The notes under the pieces are model-generated. The model was not told the origin of the DNA, searched no databases, and saw only the letters and a program-made list of their open reading frames with translations. The position numbers and the translations under genes were made by a program. DNA of 64,000 bases from Candidatus Poribacteria bacterium. Lineage in GTDB: Bacteria > Poribacteria > WGA-4E > WGA-3G. This document shows, piece by piece, positions 9,586 through 19,426 of this stretch (within the stretch, counting starts at the first letter, position 1; each line of letters begins with the position of its first letter). The stretch lies in NCBI GenBank assembly GCA_965205015.1, contig OZ242029.1, positions 2,752,001 through 2,816,000 on the forward strand. Reading direction: 5' to 3'.

Positions 9586-11262
9586 ATGGAAAAATCAACA
9601 TCTGCGGTGAATCCAGAGCAGCATTCAGGTTTGGACACGGATGTTCTCATCATCGGTAGCGGTGCTGCTGGATTACGCGCGGCTCTCGCTGCGAGCGAAC
9701 GTGCGAGTGTGACCTTAATCACCAAAACGACGCTGACAGAGAGCAACACACACTATGCCCAAGGTGGCATTGCAGTTGCTATGAACCTTGATGACACGAT
9801 TGCCTTGCACATAAAGGACACCTGCGCAGCTGGGGCGGGACTCTGTGATGTTGAAGCCGTTGAGATGATGGTATCCGAAGGCATTCCACGTGTTGCTGAA
9901 CTCTTGGACTGGGGTGCGAACTTTGATTGGGAAGGCACCCTGCCACGTTTTACACAGGAAGCGGCGCATAGCCGTCGCCGTATTGTCCATAAAGGCGACG
10001 CAACTGGACGTGAAACGACGGATGTCCTTATTCAGCGTGTGCTTAACACGGAAAACATCCACGTCCTACAAAATACGTTTGCCATTGATCTCCTGACGGA
10101 TGCCGAGACTCCCGAAGAGCGTCAGGAAACCGCTGCATGCTACGGCGTTACCGCAATTGTGGACGAGCGAATCGTTTCTATTCGCGCCAAAGCTACGATT
10201 CTTGCGACTGGGGGGCTCGGACGCCTCTACCCTTGTACCTCCAACCCAAAAGTAGCAACCGGCGATGGATTCGCCGCCGCGTGGCGCGCTGGATGCGAAA
10301 TGGTCGATATGGAATTCGTCCAGTTTCATCCAACAACGCTTTACTTAGATGGGGCTCCCAACTTTTTAATCTCAGAAGCGGTTCGGGGTGAAGGCGGTCA
10401 GCTCATCAACATTCGTGGCGAACGTTTTATGGAGAGATACCACGAGAAGGGTGAACTTGCCCCGCGCGATGTTGTCAGTCGTGCTATCCAGATAGAAATG
10501 GAATTGACGGGGTTTCCGTGTGTTTATCTTGATATTACACATAAACCTGCCGAGTTTATCCACGAGCGATTCCCGACGATCTCCGACACCACCCAACACT
10601 ATGGGTTAGACATCAGCGTTGACTTAATTCCGGTTCGTCCCGGTGCCCATTTTATGATGGGAGGTATCCGCACGAACACCGATACAGAAACGAATCTCAA
10701 GGGACTCTATGCGTGTGGTGAGGTTGCCTGCACTGGCGTGCACGGTGCGAACCGCTTGGCGAGCAATTCTCTTCTGGAATGTCTTGTTTACGGTGCACGC
10801 GCTGGCACAAACGCTGCACTGTTTGCCTCATTACAACCTTCTCAGCCACCAGATGTATTACTCGCTGGTCATACAGAGGCCTCTCAGATGTCCGATATTG
10901 AAGCAGATTTAGCTGCTTCTATAGAGGCGATAAAGGACGCAATCCGAGAGACGCTCTGGGAAAATGTGAGTATTGAACGAAACGGCGAGGGTTTAAGACA
11001 AACCCTCGCCGAATTACAAGATTTAACCACAAATTTAGGGAGCGTGCCAGCAACACCAGGCCCCGGTGATATCGCACTGATTGAAACAGTCAATATGCTC
11101 AATGTTGCCTTAATGATAACGGAATCAGCACTTGCGCGAACGGAAAGTCGCGGCGCGCACTACCGTGCTGATTTTCCAACGCAGGACGATATCGATTGGC
11201 ACCGCCGAATTCTTATCAAGAACGATAACCCGCCAGAAGTGATCCCTCTAAAATCCCTTTAA
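9586..11262 (+). CDS. nadB: L-aspartate oxidase
   Basis: GSGAAG FAD motif, AQGGIA, QFHPT, LAPRDVVSR, GVHGANRLASNSLLE, ESRGAH. Confidence 0.95.
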   Translation: MEKSTSAVNPEQHSGLDTDVLIIGSGAAGLRAALAASERASVTLITKTTLTESNTHYAQGGIAVAMNLDDTIALHIKDTCAAGAGLCDVEAVEMMVSEGIPRVAELLDWGANFDWEGTLPRFTQEAAHSRRRIVHKGDATGRETTDVLIQRVLNTENIHVLQNTFAIDLLTDAETPEERQETAACYGVTAIVDERIVSIRAKATILATGGLGRLYPCTSNPKVATGDGFAAAWRAGCEMVDMEFVQFHPTTLYLDGAPNFLISEAVRGEGGQLINIRGERFMERYHEKGELAPRDVVSRAIQIEMELTGFPCVYLDITHKPAEFIHERFPTISDTTQHYGLDISVDLIPVRPGAHFMMGGIRTNTDTETNLKGLYACGEVACTGVHGANRLASNSLLECLVYGARAGTNAALFASLQPSQPPDVLLAGHTEASQMSDIEADLAASIEAIKDAIRETLWENVSIERNGEGLRQTLAELQDLTTNLGSVPATPGPGDIALIETVNMLNVALMITESALARTESRGAHYRADFPTQDDIDWHRRILIKNDNPPEVIPLKSL

Positions 11263-13554
11263 TTGTTTTTGTACGAGCCCTGTTCCCAAGTTCACAGCCC
11301 GGGGCTCGTTCGCATTCTTATAAATTTCCACATAGCGATCGTAACTGTTGATAACCTTTTTGATATGAAGTCGGGTTTCCCGGATCGTAATTTTCTCGAC
11401 AAATTCATCGATATCTGCGATATTTTTCGATGCCACCCACCGTTTCATCCGTCCAGGACCGCCGTTATAGGCGCCCGTCACCAGCATCGCGTTGTCATTG
11501 AATAGGGAGTTGAGGTATCCGATATACTTCGTACCCATCTGAATATTGACATCGGGTTGCTTGAGCATAGAGGTTCGGAAACGACGGATTTTGAGCTGCT
11601 GAGCGAGTTCCCTTCCAGTCGGTGGCATAATCTGCATCAACCCGATTGCGCCTGCCCAACTCACCGCCTCGGCATTGTATCGACTTTCCTCTAAAATCAT
11701 CGCCGCAATTAAGAAAGTGTCGACGTTATACAATTTTGCGTATTTCTCAACTGTATTCGCATAGTAGCGTGGATAGAGTTTTCGATGGAGTTTCTCTAAG
11801 TCTTCACGCGTCGCGTTTGCGAAAGCAGGACTCTCAAGAGATTTTTCGGTTGCCTTCCGCGCCTTATCGTACATTGCGAGTCCTTCATAACAGGTGATCA
11901 AATCATAAAAACACTCGCGTTCAGGGAGCGAGGATGTGTTGATGTGCTCGTTTAACTGCGCAATCGCATCTTCATAAAGCCGGAGTTCCATCAACAACGG
12001 CACTTGTTGCGGACACGCCTGACGCGCCGGCAATTCCGCATCCTGAATAGCCTTGGGTTCCAACTCGGATGTAGCCATACCTAAAATCGTCTTTGCTCGT
12101 GCGGAGTAGTACCAATACCGTGCTTCTGCCACTTCTTTGTACAACTTTCGTGCGAGTGCGGGTTTGTTCTGTCGTTCGCGTATCTTTGCCATCCAAAAGT
12201 GTGCCCCCATTGCATAGCGGTTTCCGGGGAAATTCTCCTTCAAGCCTTTGAAGGCGTTGTAACTCTCCTCGTAGCGGTGTTCGTCAAAACGCTGCCAGCC
12301 GATTCGCCACGCTGCCACATCAGCGTAAGGACTTTTCGGTGCCACCTTGATTAGGCGTGCATACGCATCGAGTGCTAACTCCGATTTATCCTGTCTCTCG
12401 CGGAGCTGGGCGATATCATACAAAGCGTCGTCTACCAACTCACTCCATGCGTAAGTCTTCACGAAACTCTCAAGTTTGCTGATAGCAGTTCTAATGTGTC
12501 CTTTCCGACGATAGCACTGGGCGATCTGATAGGTCGCCCGCGTGAGATACTCGCTTTTATCACCGAGCGCGATGACGGCGTTGAATTTCTTAATTGCTGT
12601 ATTGTACCATTTCCGCCCCTGATAACTTCGTCCGATAAGGTAGCGCGCGTGCGCCCGTAAATTCAAATCCACAGTCTTCGGAATTAATTCCAAGTGGGCC
12701 ACGGCAGTCTTCCACTGTTTATGTGAGAAGGATACCAAGCCACAATTAAGCCGGTCGGTTGGGGTCAATTTTAGCGTTTTATGCGCTCTCACAAGGCGTC
12801 TGAGTCGATCGAGTGACTCGCGAGCAACGCTCTTTGCGTGATTTTCCGTAATGAGTTCGCGGTACGTGTTGAAGGCTGTAGAGGTGTCACCGAGTTCCTC
12901 ATTACAACGTGCCAACGCAAAGTGGGTCTCTCTTGCATAGCGTGGCTGCTCAATGAGTTCGACCAGCAGCGCCTTCGCGGAGGCGTACTGCTTCTCTTTT
13001 AGATACAGTTGTGCTAACGTCCACTTCGCCTCCACGAGATAGAAACTCGTGGGATACTCCGTGACGAGCTGCGTATACCACTTTATCGCCCGCGTCCTGT
13101 TATTCATATCTTCGTAAAGTCGTGCCAAGCGATAGATGGCACAATCCGCCAGCGGATAATTCACCGAAACAACTCGTGCGTAGTGTCCGACTGCCTTTGG
13201 ACGGTTGCGAAGTTTTTCATAGTTATAGCCGAGTGCGTGATGAATCTGAAGTTTTTCTGGTTCGGACAGGTCGGTTTTCAATAGAGCCTCGAGTTTCAAA
13301 GTCGCTTTTTTGCGGTTCTCTTTATCTTTGCGGTTCTCTTTATCACCGTTATCCATCAAGGCGAAGGCTTCTTGCCACGCCGCACTCCGTTCTTCATCAC
13401 CTGAAGCTGGCAGCCCGATAGCGAAGCATCCATAAGTCAACGCAAGTACACTTAAAAAGAATTTTCGGATTATGATGGGATATAACGCAGTTCCCGAACC
13501 GGATTTATTTTTCGACTGAATTCGGTTTCTGCTAAAAAATTTCATATATTTCAT
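11248..13554 (-). CDS. TPR-containing soluble lytic transglycosylase (Slt-like)
   Basis: TPR array followed by EES...AVS.AGAIGLMQIMP.T, AYNGGPG, ETRLH SLT motifs. Confidence 0.9.
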   Translation of the reverse strand: MKYMKFFSRNRIQSKNKSGSGTALYPIIIRKFFLSVLALTYGCFAIGLPASGDEERSAAWQEAFALMDNGDKENRKDKENRKKATLKLEALLKTDLSEPEKLQIHHALGYNYEKLRNRPKAVGHYARVVSVNYPLADCAIYRLARLYEDMNNRTRAIKWYTQLVTEYPTSFYLVEAKWTLAQLYLKEKQYASAKALLVELIEQPRYARETHFALARCNEELGDTSTAFNTYRELITENHAKSVARESLDRLRRLVRAHKTLKLTPTDRLNCGLVSFSHKQWKTAVAHLELIPKTVDLNLRAHARYLIGRSYQGRKWYNTAIKKFNAVIALGDKSEYLTRATYQIAQCYRRKGHIRTAISKLESFVKTYAWSELVDDALYDIAQLRERQDKSELALDAYARLIKVAPKSPYADVAAWRIGWQRFDEHRYEESYNAFKGLKENFPGNRYAMGAHFWMAKIRERQNKPALARKLYKEVAEARYWYYSARAKTILGMATSELEPKAIQDAELPARQACPQQVPLLMELRLYEDAIAQLNEHINTSSLPERECFYDLITCYEGLAMYDKARKATEKSLESPAFANATREDLEKLHRKLYPRYYANTVEKYAKLYNVDTFLIAAMILEESRYNAEAVSWAGAIGLMQIMPPTGRELAQQLKIRRFRTSMLKQPDVNIQMGTKYIGYLNSLFNDNAMLVTGAYNGGPGRMKRWVASKNIADIDEFVEKITIRETRLHIKKVINSYDRYVEIYKNANEPRAVNLGTGLVQKQLKGF

Positions 13555-13721
13555 TTCGCCTTTTTTGGAATCCTCCTTATGTGGGTTCCTGTGGATTCAC
13601 TTGAAATATGCATAGATTTTTTCGGATTCTTTTACCATACTTGAATTGTAACGTTTCTTAAAGGCAAAAAGCAACAAAAAAGTGAACGCTAACATTTCGT
13701 CGCGCGAATACCAGAAATCGC

Positions 13722-13751
13722 TTGCCAAATTGGGAGATGTTACGCTATACT
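13722..13751 (+). promoter_or_regulatory. Sigma70-like promoter
   Basis: TTGCCA-18nt-TATACT upstream of the aldo/keto reductase. Confidence 0.45.
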
Positions 13752-13788
13752 TAATAGCAACTTAATCGCCTGAAAGGAGAAAGGGTAA

Positions 13789-14562
13789 ATGGAAATTGTA
13801 GCACTTGGAAAAACAGGTTTAAATGTTTCACGGCTTTCGATCGGAACCGGATCAAACGGTTGGAACGGTCGCTCAAATCAGACGGATCTGGGATTTGAGG
13901 CTTTACGGGACTTACTGCTGTTCTCACATGAAAAAGGTGTAACGTTTTGGGATTCCGCAGATCAGTACGGAAGCCACCCACATGTCAAGGCAGCACTTCA
14001 AGAGGTACCCCGCGAGAGTGTCACTATCACTACAAAGACGACATCCCGGACGCGAGAAACCATAGAGGCAGATGTGAAGCGATTTCTGAAAGAGATAGGC
14101 TCTGACTATGTAGACATTGTTCTACTTCACTGTCTCACACAGGTAGATTGGCCCCAGCGGTATCCAGATGCAATGGAAGCACTTACCCGTTGCAAGGAAC
14201 AGGGATTAATCCGCGCACACGGCGTATCCTGTCACGATTACGGTGCCTTCCAAACATCAGCGATGACGGAATGGGTTGACGTTGTCTTGGCTCGGATTAA
14301 TTACGCCGGTGTTCACATGGACGCATCCCCTGCCGATGTCATCCGCACAATGGAACAGATGGCATTCGTAGGAAAAGGCATCTACGGGATGAAGGTGCTG
14401 GGACAGGGGAAATTGGCAGAAGACGCGACGGGTCAACGGGAGGCGATCGAATTTGTGATGGGACTTCCGTGTGTCCATGCAATGACTATCGGTATGACCT
14501 CGGAGCGCGAAGTGGAAGCGAACGTCGCTGTCGTTAATGAATTGTCGGAGAAAGGCGTTTAG
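13789..14562 (+). CDS. Aldo/keto reductase
   Basis: LGKTGLNVSRL, FWDSADQYG, YVDIVLLH, GLIRAHGVS. Confidence 0.9.
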   Translation: MEIVALGKTGLNVSRLSIGTGSNGWNGRSNQTDLGFEALRDLLLFSHEKGVTFWDSADQYGSHPHVKAALQEVPRESVTITTKTTSRTRETIEADVKRFLKEIGSDYVDIVLLHCLTQVDWPQRYPDAMEALTRCKEQGLIRAHGVSCHDYGAFQTSAMTEWVDVVLARINYAGVHMDASPADVIRTMEQMAFVGKGIYGMKVLGQGKLAEDATGQREAIEFVMGLPCVHAMTIGMTSEREVEANVAVVNELSEKGV

Positions 14563-14596
14563 AGGTTGAATCCACGCTTACCGAACCGCAAGGTAA

Positions 14597-16051
14597 ATGA
14601 AAAAGATGGAAAAATATGAGATAGTGATCGGTTTGGAAATCCACGCCGAATTATGCACAGAAAGTAAGCTTTTCTGTAATTGTGCTTATATCTTCGGGGC
14701 ATCGGCGAATGACTGTACGTGTCCAATCTGTTTAGGAATGCCGGGAACATTACCGGTCGTCAACAGACGTGCTGTGGAGTTTGCGGTTCGTGCTGGCTTG
14801 GCAATGGACTGTGAAATCACGGCTTCCAGTAAATTCGATCGGAAGAACTATTTCTATCCGGACCTGCCGAAGAACTACCAAATCTCACAATATGACATTC
14901 CGTTATGTCAAAATGGACAGGTAACGTTTGAGTTTGAAGGCGAATTCCGAACTGTTGCCCTCCGTAGGATTCATCTGGAGGAGGACGCGGGGAAATCCAT
15001 TCACGCCGAAGTCACAGGGGATCCAACCCGTAGTTTCATGGATTTCAATCGTGCCGGTGTGCCGCTCCTTGAAATTGTGAGCGAACCCGAGTTGCATTCT
15101 CCTGCGGAAGCCATTGCCTATTGTCGTGCGGTGAAGGAAATTTTAGAGTATATTGAAGTGAGCGACTGCAACATGGAAGAGGGGAGTCTGCGATGTGAAC
15201 CGAATCTTTCCCTACGTCCCAAAGGGAGTAAAGCGTTGGGGACGCGCACAGAGATTAAAAACAAAAACTCGTTCCAAGAGTTGATCGAGGCGATGGAATA
15301 TGAGGTGAAACGGCAGGCTCGAATTTTAGACGCGGGTGAGGAGGTCGTCCAGGAGACACTCCTATTTGATGCCAGCACGGGCAGGACCGTCGCCATGCGC
15401 GGTAAAGAAGAAGCTGACGACTATCGCTATTTCCCTGAACCCGATCTCGTTCATGTCCAGATTGGTGATGAGTGGGTTCAGGAAATTCAGCCCACACTTC
15501 CCGAACTCCCTGATGCCCGCCGAAAACGGTTCCTTTCGGACTACGGTATTTCGTCCGAAAACGCGGAATTCCTGACCAGCACGCGACCGCTCGCGGAATT
15601 CTTCGACGAAGCCGCTCGACTCAGTGGTGAACCCACCGCCTGTGCAAACTGGATCATGGGGGACTTGACCCGACTCCTAAACACAGCAGAAATTGAGATC
15701 CAAGAGGCGAAGGTTACGCCAGCACACCTCACTGAACTCATCCAGTTAATCGGGGATGCAACCATCAGCGGTAAAATTGCCAAATCTGTGCTTGATGATG
15801 CCTTTGAGACGGGCAAAATGCCGAAACAGATTGTTGCCGAAAAGGGATTGGCACAAATTACGGACACCTCAGAGATAGAAGCCATCGTCTTACAGGTGGT
15901 GGAAGAGAATCCCGGTCCTGCTCAAGATTACCGGGACGGTACAAAGAAAGCCATTGGTTTTCTCGTGGGGCAAGTGATGCGTGCGACTCGCGGCAAGGCA
16001 AATCCGCAACTCGTGAATCAGATTTTGACGCGGGTGCTGTCCGCTGAATAA
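14597..16051 (+). CDS. gatB: Asp/Glu-tRNA amidotransferase subunit B (start may be 14606)
   Basis: IGLEIHAEL, RKNYFYPDLPK, DFNRAGVPLLEIVSEP, YRYFPEPDL. Confidence 0.97.
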   Translation: MKKMEKYEIVIGLEIHAELCTESKLFCNCAYIFGASANDCTCPICLGMPGTLPVVNRRAVEFAVRAGLAMDCEITASSKFDRKNYFYPDLPKNYQISQYDIPLCQNGQVTFEFEGEFRTVALRRIHLEEDAGKSIHAEVTGDPTRSFMDFNRAGVPLLEIVSEPELHSPAEAIAYCRAVKEILEYIEVSDCNMEEGSLRCEPNLSLRPKGSKALGTRTEIKNKNSFQELIEAMEYEVKRQARILDAGEEVVQETLLFDASTGRTVAMRGKEEADDYRYFPEPDLVHVQIGDEWVQEIQPTLPELPDARRKRFLSDYGISSENAEFLTSTRPLAEFFDEAARLSGEPTACANWIMGDLTRLLNTAEIEIQEAKVTPAHLTELIQLIGDATISGKIAKSVLDDAFETGKMPKQIVAEKGLAQITDTSEIEAIVLQVVEENPGPAQDYRDGTKKAIGFLVGQVMRATRGKANPQLVNQILTRVLSAE

Positions 16052-16146
16052 TACCCTTATTCAGAATATTTGGGTGAAATCTCGTTTTTCCTTTCAATCG
16101 GATTTTAGCGTTAATTGACTGCGTAAATTTCAATCACAACCACGGC

Positions 16147-17238
16147 ATGACCATAGGACAAATCACCCTCATATCCGTAACAAAGCAATTCGGGGACACT
16201 GTCGCCGTTGACGATGTATCTCTACAGATAGAAGGCGGGGAGTTCTTTTCACTGCTCGGACCGAGTGGATGTGGTAAAACGACAACGCTGCGCATCATCG
16301 GCGGATTTGCGTATCCCACCACAGGGGAGGTCTTCATCAACGGCGAACTGATGGCAGAAATGCCACCTTATCGCCGTCCTGTCAATACCGTCTTCCAAAA
16401 TTACGCCTTGTTCCCGCACAAAACCGTTGCACAGAATATCGCATTTGGGCTGCAGATGAAGAAAGCGACCAAAGCGGAAATCTCTGATGCCGTTGAAAAC
16501 GCATTAGATTTAATTCAACTGTCGGGGTACGACGACCGGAAACCGAGTGAGCTCTCTGGTGGCGAGAGGCAGCGTGTGGCACTCGCGCGCGCGCTCATCA
16601 ATGAACCTACCATTCTGCTGTTAGATGAACCGCTTTCAGCCCTTGACCTGAAACTCCGAAAGCAGATGCAATCAGAACTAAAAGCACTGCAGCGCAAAGT
16701 CGGTATCACGTTTGTCTATGTCACACATGACCAAGGGGAAGCCCTGGCACTCTCCGATCGGATTGCGGTGATGAACGGTGGTAAAATTCTCCAGGTCGGA
16801 ACGCCATCTGACATCTACGATTCGCCACAGAGCCGTTTTGTCGCTGACTTCATCGGTACCTCCAACTTTCTGGAAGGAACACTTATTAGCGAGAATGAAA
16901 TTACGCTAACAATGGAACCACCCCTCAAGGTTGTCAGCACACCGAACAACGATATACCCTTGAACGCATCTGTCACTGTTGCAGTCCGTCCGGAACGCAT
17001 TGATCTGAGAATGACACCCACTTCTGATGTTGCGAACTGCCTACGAGGTGTAATTCAGGACGAAAGTTACCTTGGGACGACGCTTCAGTACACCATCGAA
17101 ACCGATGTTCCGACCCCACTCATTGTCCACCAACAGAACACGGGTGCCAGAGATGGACGTCGCTTCCAACGCGGCGATACAGTCTATCTACAATGGACGC
17201 CTGAAAATGCAAGCGTTTTGAAAACCGACGAAGACTAA
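16147..17238 (+). CDS. potA: Spermidine/putrescine ABC transporter ATP-binding protein (PotA-like)
   Basis: GPSGCGKTT, PPYRRPVNTVFQNYALFPH, LSGGERQR, TOBE-like C-terminus; no permeases adjacent. Confidence 0.8.
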   Translation: MTIGQITLISVTKQFGDTVAVDDVSLQIEGGEFFSLLGPSGCGKTTTLRIIGGFAYPTTGEVFINGELMAEMPPYRRPVNTVFQNYALFPHKTVAQNIAFGLQMKKATKAEISDAVENALDLIQLSGYDDRKPSELSGGERQRVALARALINEPTILLLDEPLSALDLKLRKQMQSELKALQRKVGITFVYVTHDQGEALALSDRIAVMNGGKILQVGTPSDIYDSPQSRFVADFIGTSNFLEGTLISENEITLTMEPPLKVVSTPNNDIPLNASVTVAVRPERIDLRMTPTSDVANCLRGVIQDESYLGTTLQYTIETDVPTPLIVHQQNTGARDGRRFQRGDTVYLQWTPENASVLKTDED

Positions 17239-18239
17239 TCTCCAGACAACGGGAGTCTGACTTTCCCATTATCACGCTGCTGCGAGGTTAAGAAACCGAT
17301 GATAATCTGGACGACCTTATACCCTTCAGTGCCAGGCGAAACAGGTTCTCCACCCTCTGTAATAAGACCTACCAACTCTCGGGGTCCCGCAGGAATACCG
17401 GTGATGTCCCACGTTGGTGCCTCAATTGTTTCAATAGCATCGTCTTGGTGGAGTGTTGCTCCCTTGTCACTGATGAGAATGTAGCCGTTGGTCCCGACAA
17501 TCTCTACGCGAAACCCGGAGAGGGTTGTCTTTGGACCGCCAGCGTAATAGCCGCGCACGCCGTTCGCGAAGTGGATATATCCGTGTGCCGAGGGTTCCGT
17601 TGCGGGAACGTGTCCACCATCACCTTTATACTCGTTATAGTCCTCGTAGCCGTCCTCTAATTCGGCAGAGACCCACTCCGGATCTGAGTCAGCGAAGTAG
17701 CAGATGGCATCAACAAGATGTGTTCCGTTCCGGAAGAGCATCGCTCGCCCCCCACTCAGGGTGCCGATGACATACTGGACATCTCCAATGCGCCCGCCAC
17801 CGACGATAACATCTCTGGTATGCCGCCACAACGGCTGCCACCGACGGGTATGGTCAATCGAGAGAATCGTCCCGTTCCGCTCGGTTGCTTCCAGCATCCT
17901 ATCGGCGTCTGCGATGCTGGTTGCCATCGGTTTTTCACAGAAGATACCCTTTACGCCAGCATTTGCCGCGTCAACGACCAAATCGGCGTGCCGATGGTCG
18001 GATGTCGCCACTGTCACCATATCTAAATTCTCGGCAGCGAGCATCTCTTGATGGTTGGTATATAGGGAGATGTTCCCCCAATTGTCCTGATATTTTTCCT
18101 TGAAGGCATCCAATGTGCTTTGCACAAAATCGCAGCCAGCGGCTAATTCAACGTTCGGCATACCCACCAATCCCGATGCGTGTGTTGTGCCGATACCGCT
18201 ACAGCCAATAACCCCAACGCGTAAATCTGCCATTTTCAT
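17235..18239 (-). CDS. Gfo/Idh/MocA family oxidoreductase
   Basis: VGVIGCSGIG Rossmann fold, IFCEKPMA, GTHLVD. Confidence 0.9.
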   Translation of the reverse strand: MKMADLRVGVIGCSGIGTTHASGLVGMPNVELAAGCDFVQSTLDAFKEKYQDNWGNISLYTNHQEMLAAENLDMVTVATSDHRHADLVVDAANAGVKGIFCEKPMATSIADADRMLEATERNGTILSIDHTRRWQPLWRHTRDVIVGGGRIGDVQYVIGTLSGGRAMLFRNGTHLVDAICYFADSDPEWVSAELEDGYEDYNEYKGDGGHVPATEPSAHGYIHFANGVRGYYAGGPKTTLSGFRVEIVGTNGYILISDKGATLHQDDAIETIEAPTWDITGIPAGPRELVGLITEGGEPVSPGTEGYKVVQIIIGFLTSQQRDNGKVRLPLSGD

Positions 18240-18464
18240 ATCCTCCGCTATTCTATTACTTCAAACTCCAGAAAACCGAAAATGAGATGGTTACGAGATA
18301 AACCGTTTTGTCATGGAGACGATTATATACTGTGCTGAATTAGAAGTCAAATATTTTATAGGAGATCGGAAGGGAATCTAACAAAACGATTTGTTATGAA
18401 CTACAAATTTTGGTAAACTATATAGGTGAGATTAACAAATTTTCTGTAGAGAGGTAAAAAAATT

Positions 18465-18704
18465 ATGGTTAGAATAGTTGCTAATCCAGGAATTCTTGGT
18501 GGAAAACCGATTGTTGAAGGCACACGTTTGAGCGTCGAACATATATTGGGATTATTGGCAAGTGGTATGTCACATGAAGAGATTATCGCGGACTATTCGG
18601 ATCTAACGGAAGAAAGTATTCGGGCCGTGCTCGCCTATGCTGCGAAAGCCCTGCGCAATGAAATTTTTATTGACGTTGTCTCAGACCGGGATGGAGATTC
18701 TTAA
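18465..18704 (+). CDS. DUF433 family putative antitoxin
   Basis: I..NPGILGGKPIVEGTRLSVEHIL..LASGMS.EEII.DY.DLT.E.IRA.L.YA. Confidence 0.9.
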   Translation: MVRIVANPGILGGKPIVEGTRLSVEHILGLLASGMSHEEIIADYSDLTEESIRAVLAYAAKALRNEIFIDVVSDRDGDS

Positions 18705-18706
18705 AG

Positions 18707-18784
18707 ATGCTCCCACCACTTGTTGCTGATGTCAACATTGCTTCTCGGGTTGTTCAATTAAGTTTCACTCCCATAATTTCGTAG
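18707..18784 (+). pseudogene. Truncated DUF5615/PIN-like toxin remnant
   Basis: ATG 2 nt after the DUF433 stop; MLPPLVADVNIASRVVQL resembles the L.AD.N...VV..L start of DUF5615 partners; stop after 25 codons. Confidence 0.5.
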
Positions 18785-18796
18785 TCCAAATTAATT

Positions 18797-19144
18797 TTAC
18801 CGCAAAATTTGCGTCGTTTGGCTGAACCACTGGAAAAATTTCTGAATCCAACCAGGGCGAGAAGTCCGAATTTCGGAAATATCAGGTAGGGCTATTGTTA
18901 TTGATTTCCACACCCCATCAGCATAGTCAGGATTATTTTCATGGAATGCAATCTCTTTCGCTTCAGGAATCGGTTCACCATCAAGCAGCATGCCTTCAAT
19001 GTGACATTGGATGGCTTCAGCGGCTTGATTTTGTGCATCCTCAAGCGTATCGCCAGCCGTTATGCAACCGGGTAGATCTGGAACGGTTACACAATAGTCA
19101 CTATCTGGGTCTTTGTGAATCACAATAAGGTAATGCCTATGCAT
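18797..19144 (-). CDS. hicB: HicB family antitoxin
   Basis: YLIVIHKDPDSDYCVTVPDLPGCITAGDTLEDA; ATG 19144 preceded by GAGGTG RBS. Confidence 0.85.
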   Translation of the reverse strand: MHRHYLIVIHKDPDSDYCVTVPDLPGCITAGDTLEDAQNQAAEAIQCHIEGMLLDGEPIPEAKEIAFHENNPDYADGVWKSITIALPDISEIRTSRPGWIQKFFQWFSQTTQILR

Positions 19145-19383
19145 AAAACACCTCGTGTTTTTCTCTTGGTCTGTTTTCTCCAACTTGGATTCCAACCCTT
19201 CCATCCTGCTTGCCTACAGATACTTAACAATGTCTGTTGCCGTAGGTCTTTCTTAGGGTGAGGGACGGTTACTCGCCCAGGCTTGTTAGGGTGTTTGTAG
19301 TGATGGTGACTACCAACCGTGTGAACCAACATCCATCCTTCTTTTTTTAGTCTCTTCATCACCTCACGACTTGAGATTGCCAT
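19120..19383 (-). CDS. hicA: HicA family toxin (C-terminally extended)
   Basis: SREVMKRLKKEGW...GSHHHYKHP.KPGRVTVPHPKKDL...TL.SI.RQAGW. Confidence 0.9.
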   Translation of the reverse strand: MAISSREVMKRLKKEGWMLVHTVGSHHHYKHPNKPGRVTVPHPKKDLRQQTLLSICRQAGWKGWNPSWRKQTKRKTRGVLCIGITLL

Positions 19384-19426
19384 ATTCCAAATTAACTCGG
19401 TTCTCCACTAAAAATGTCAACATGTC

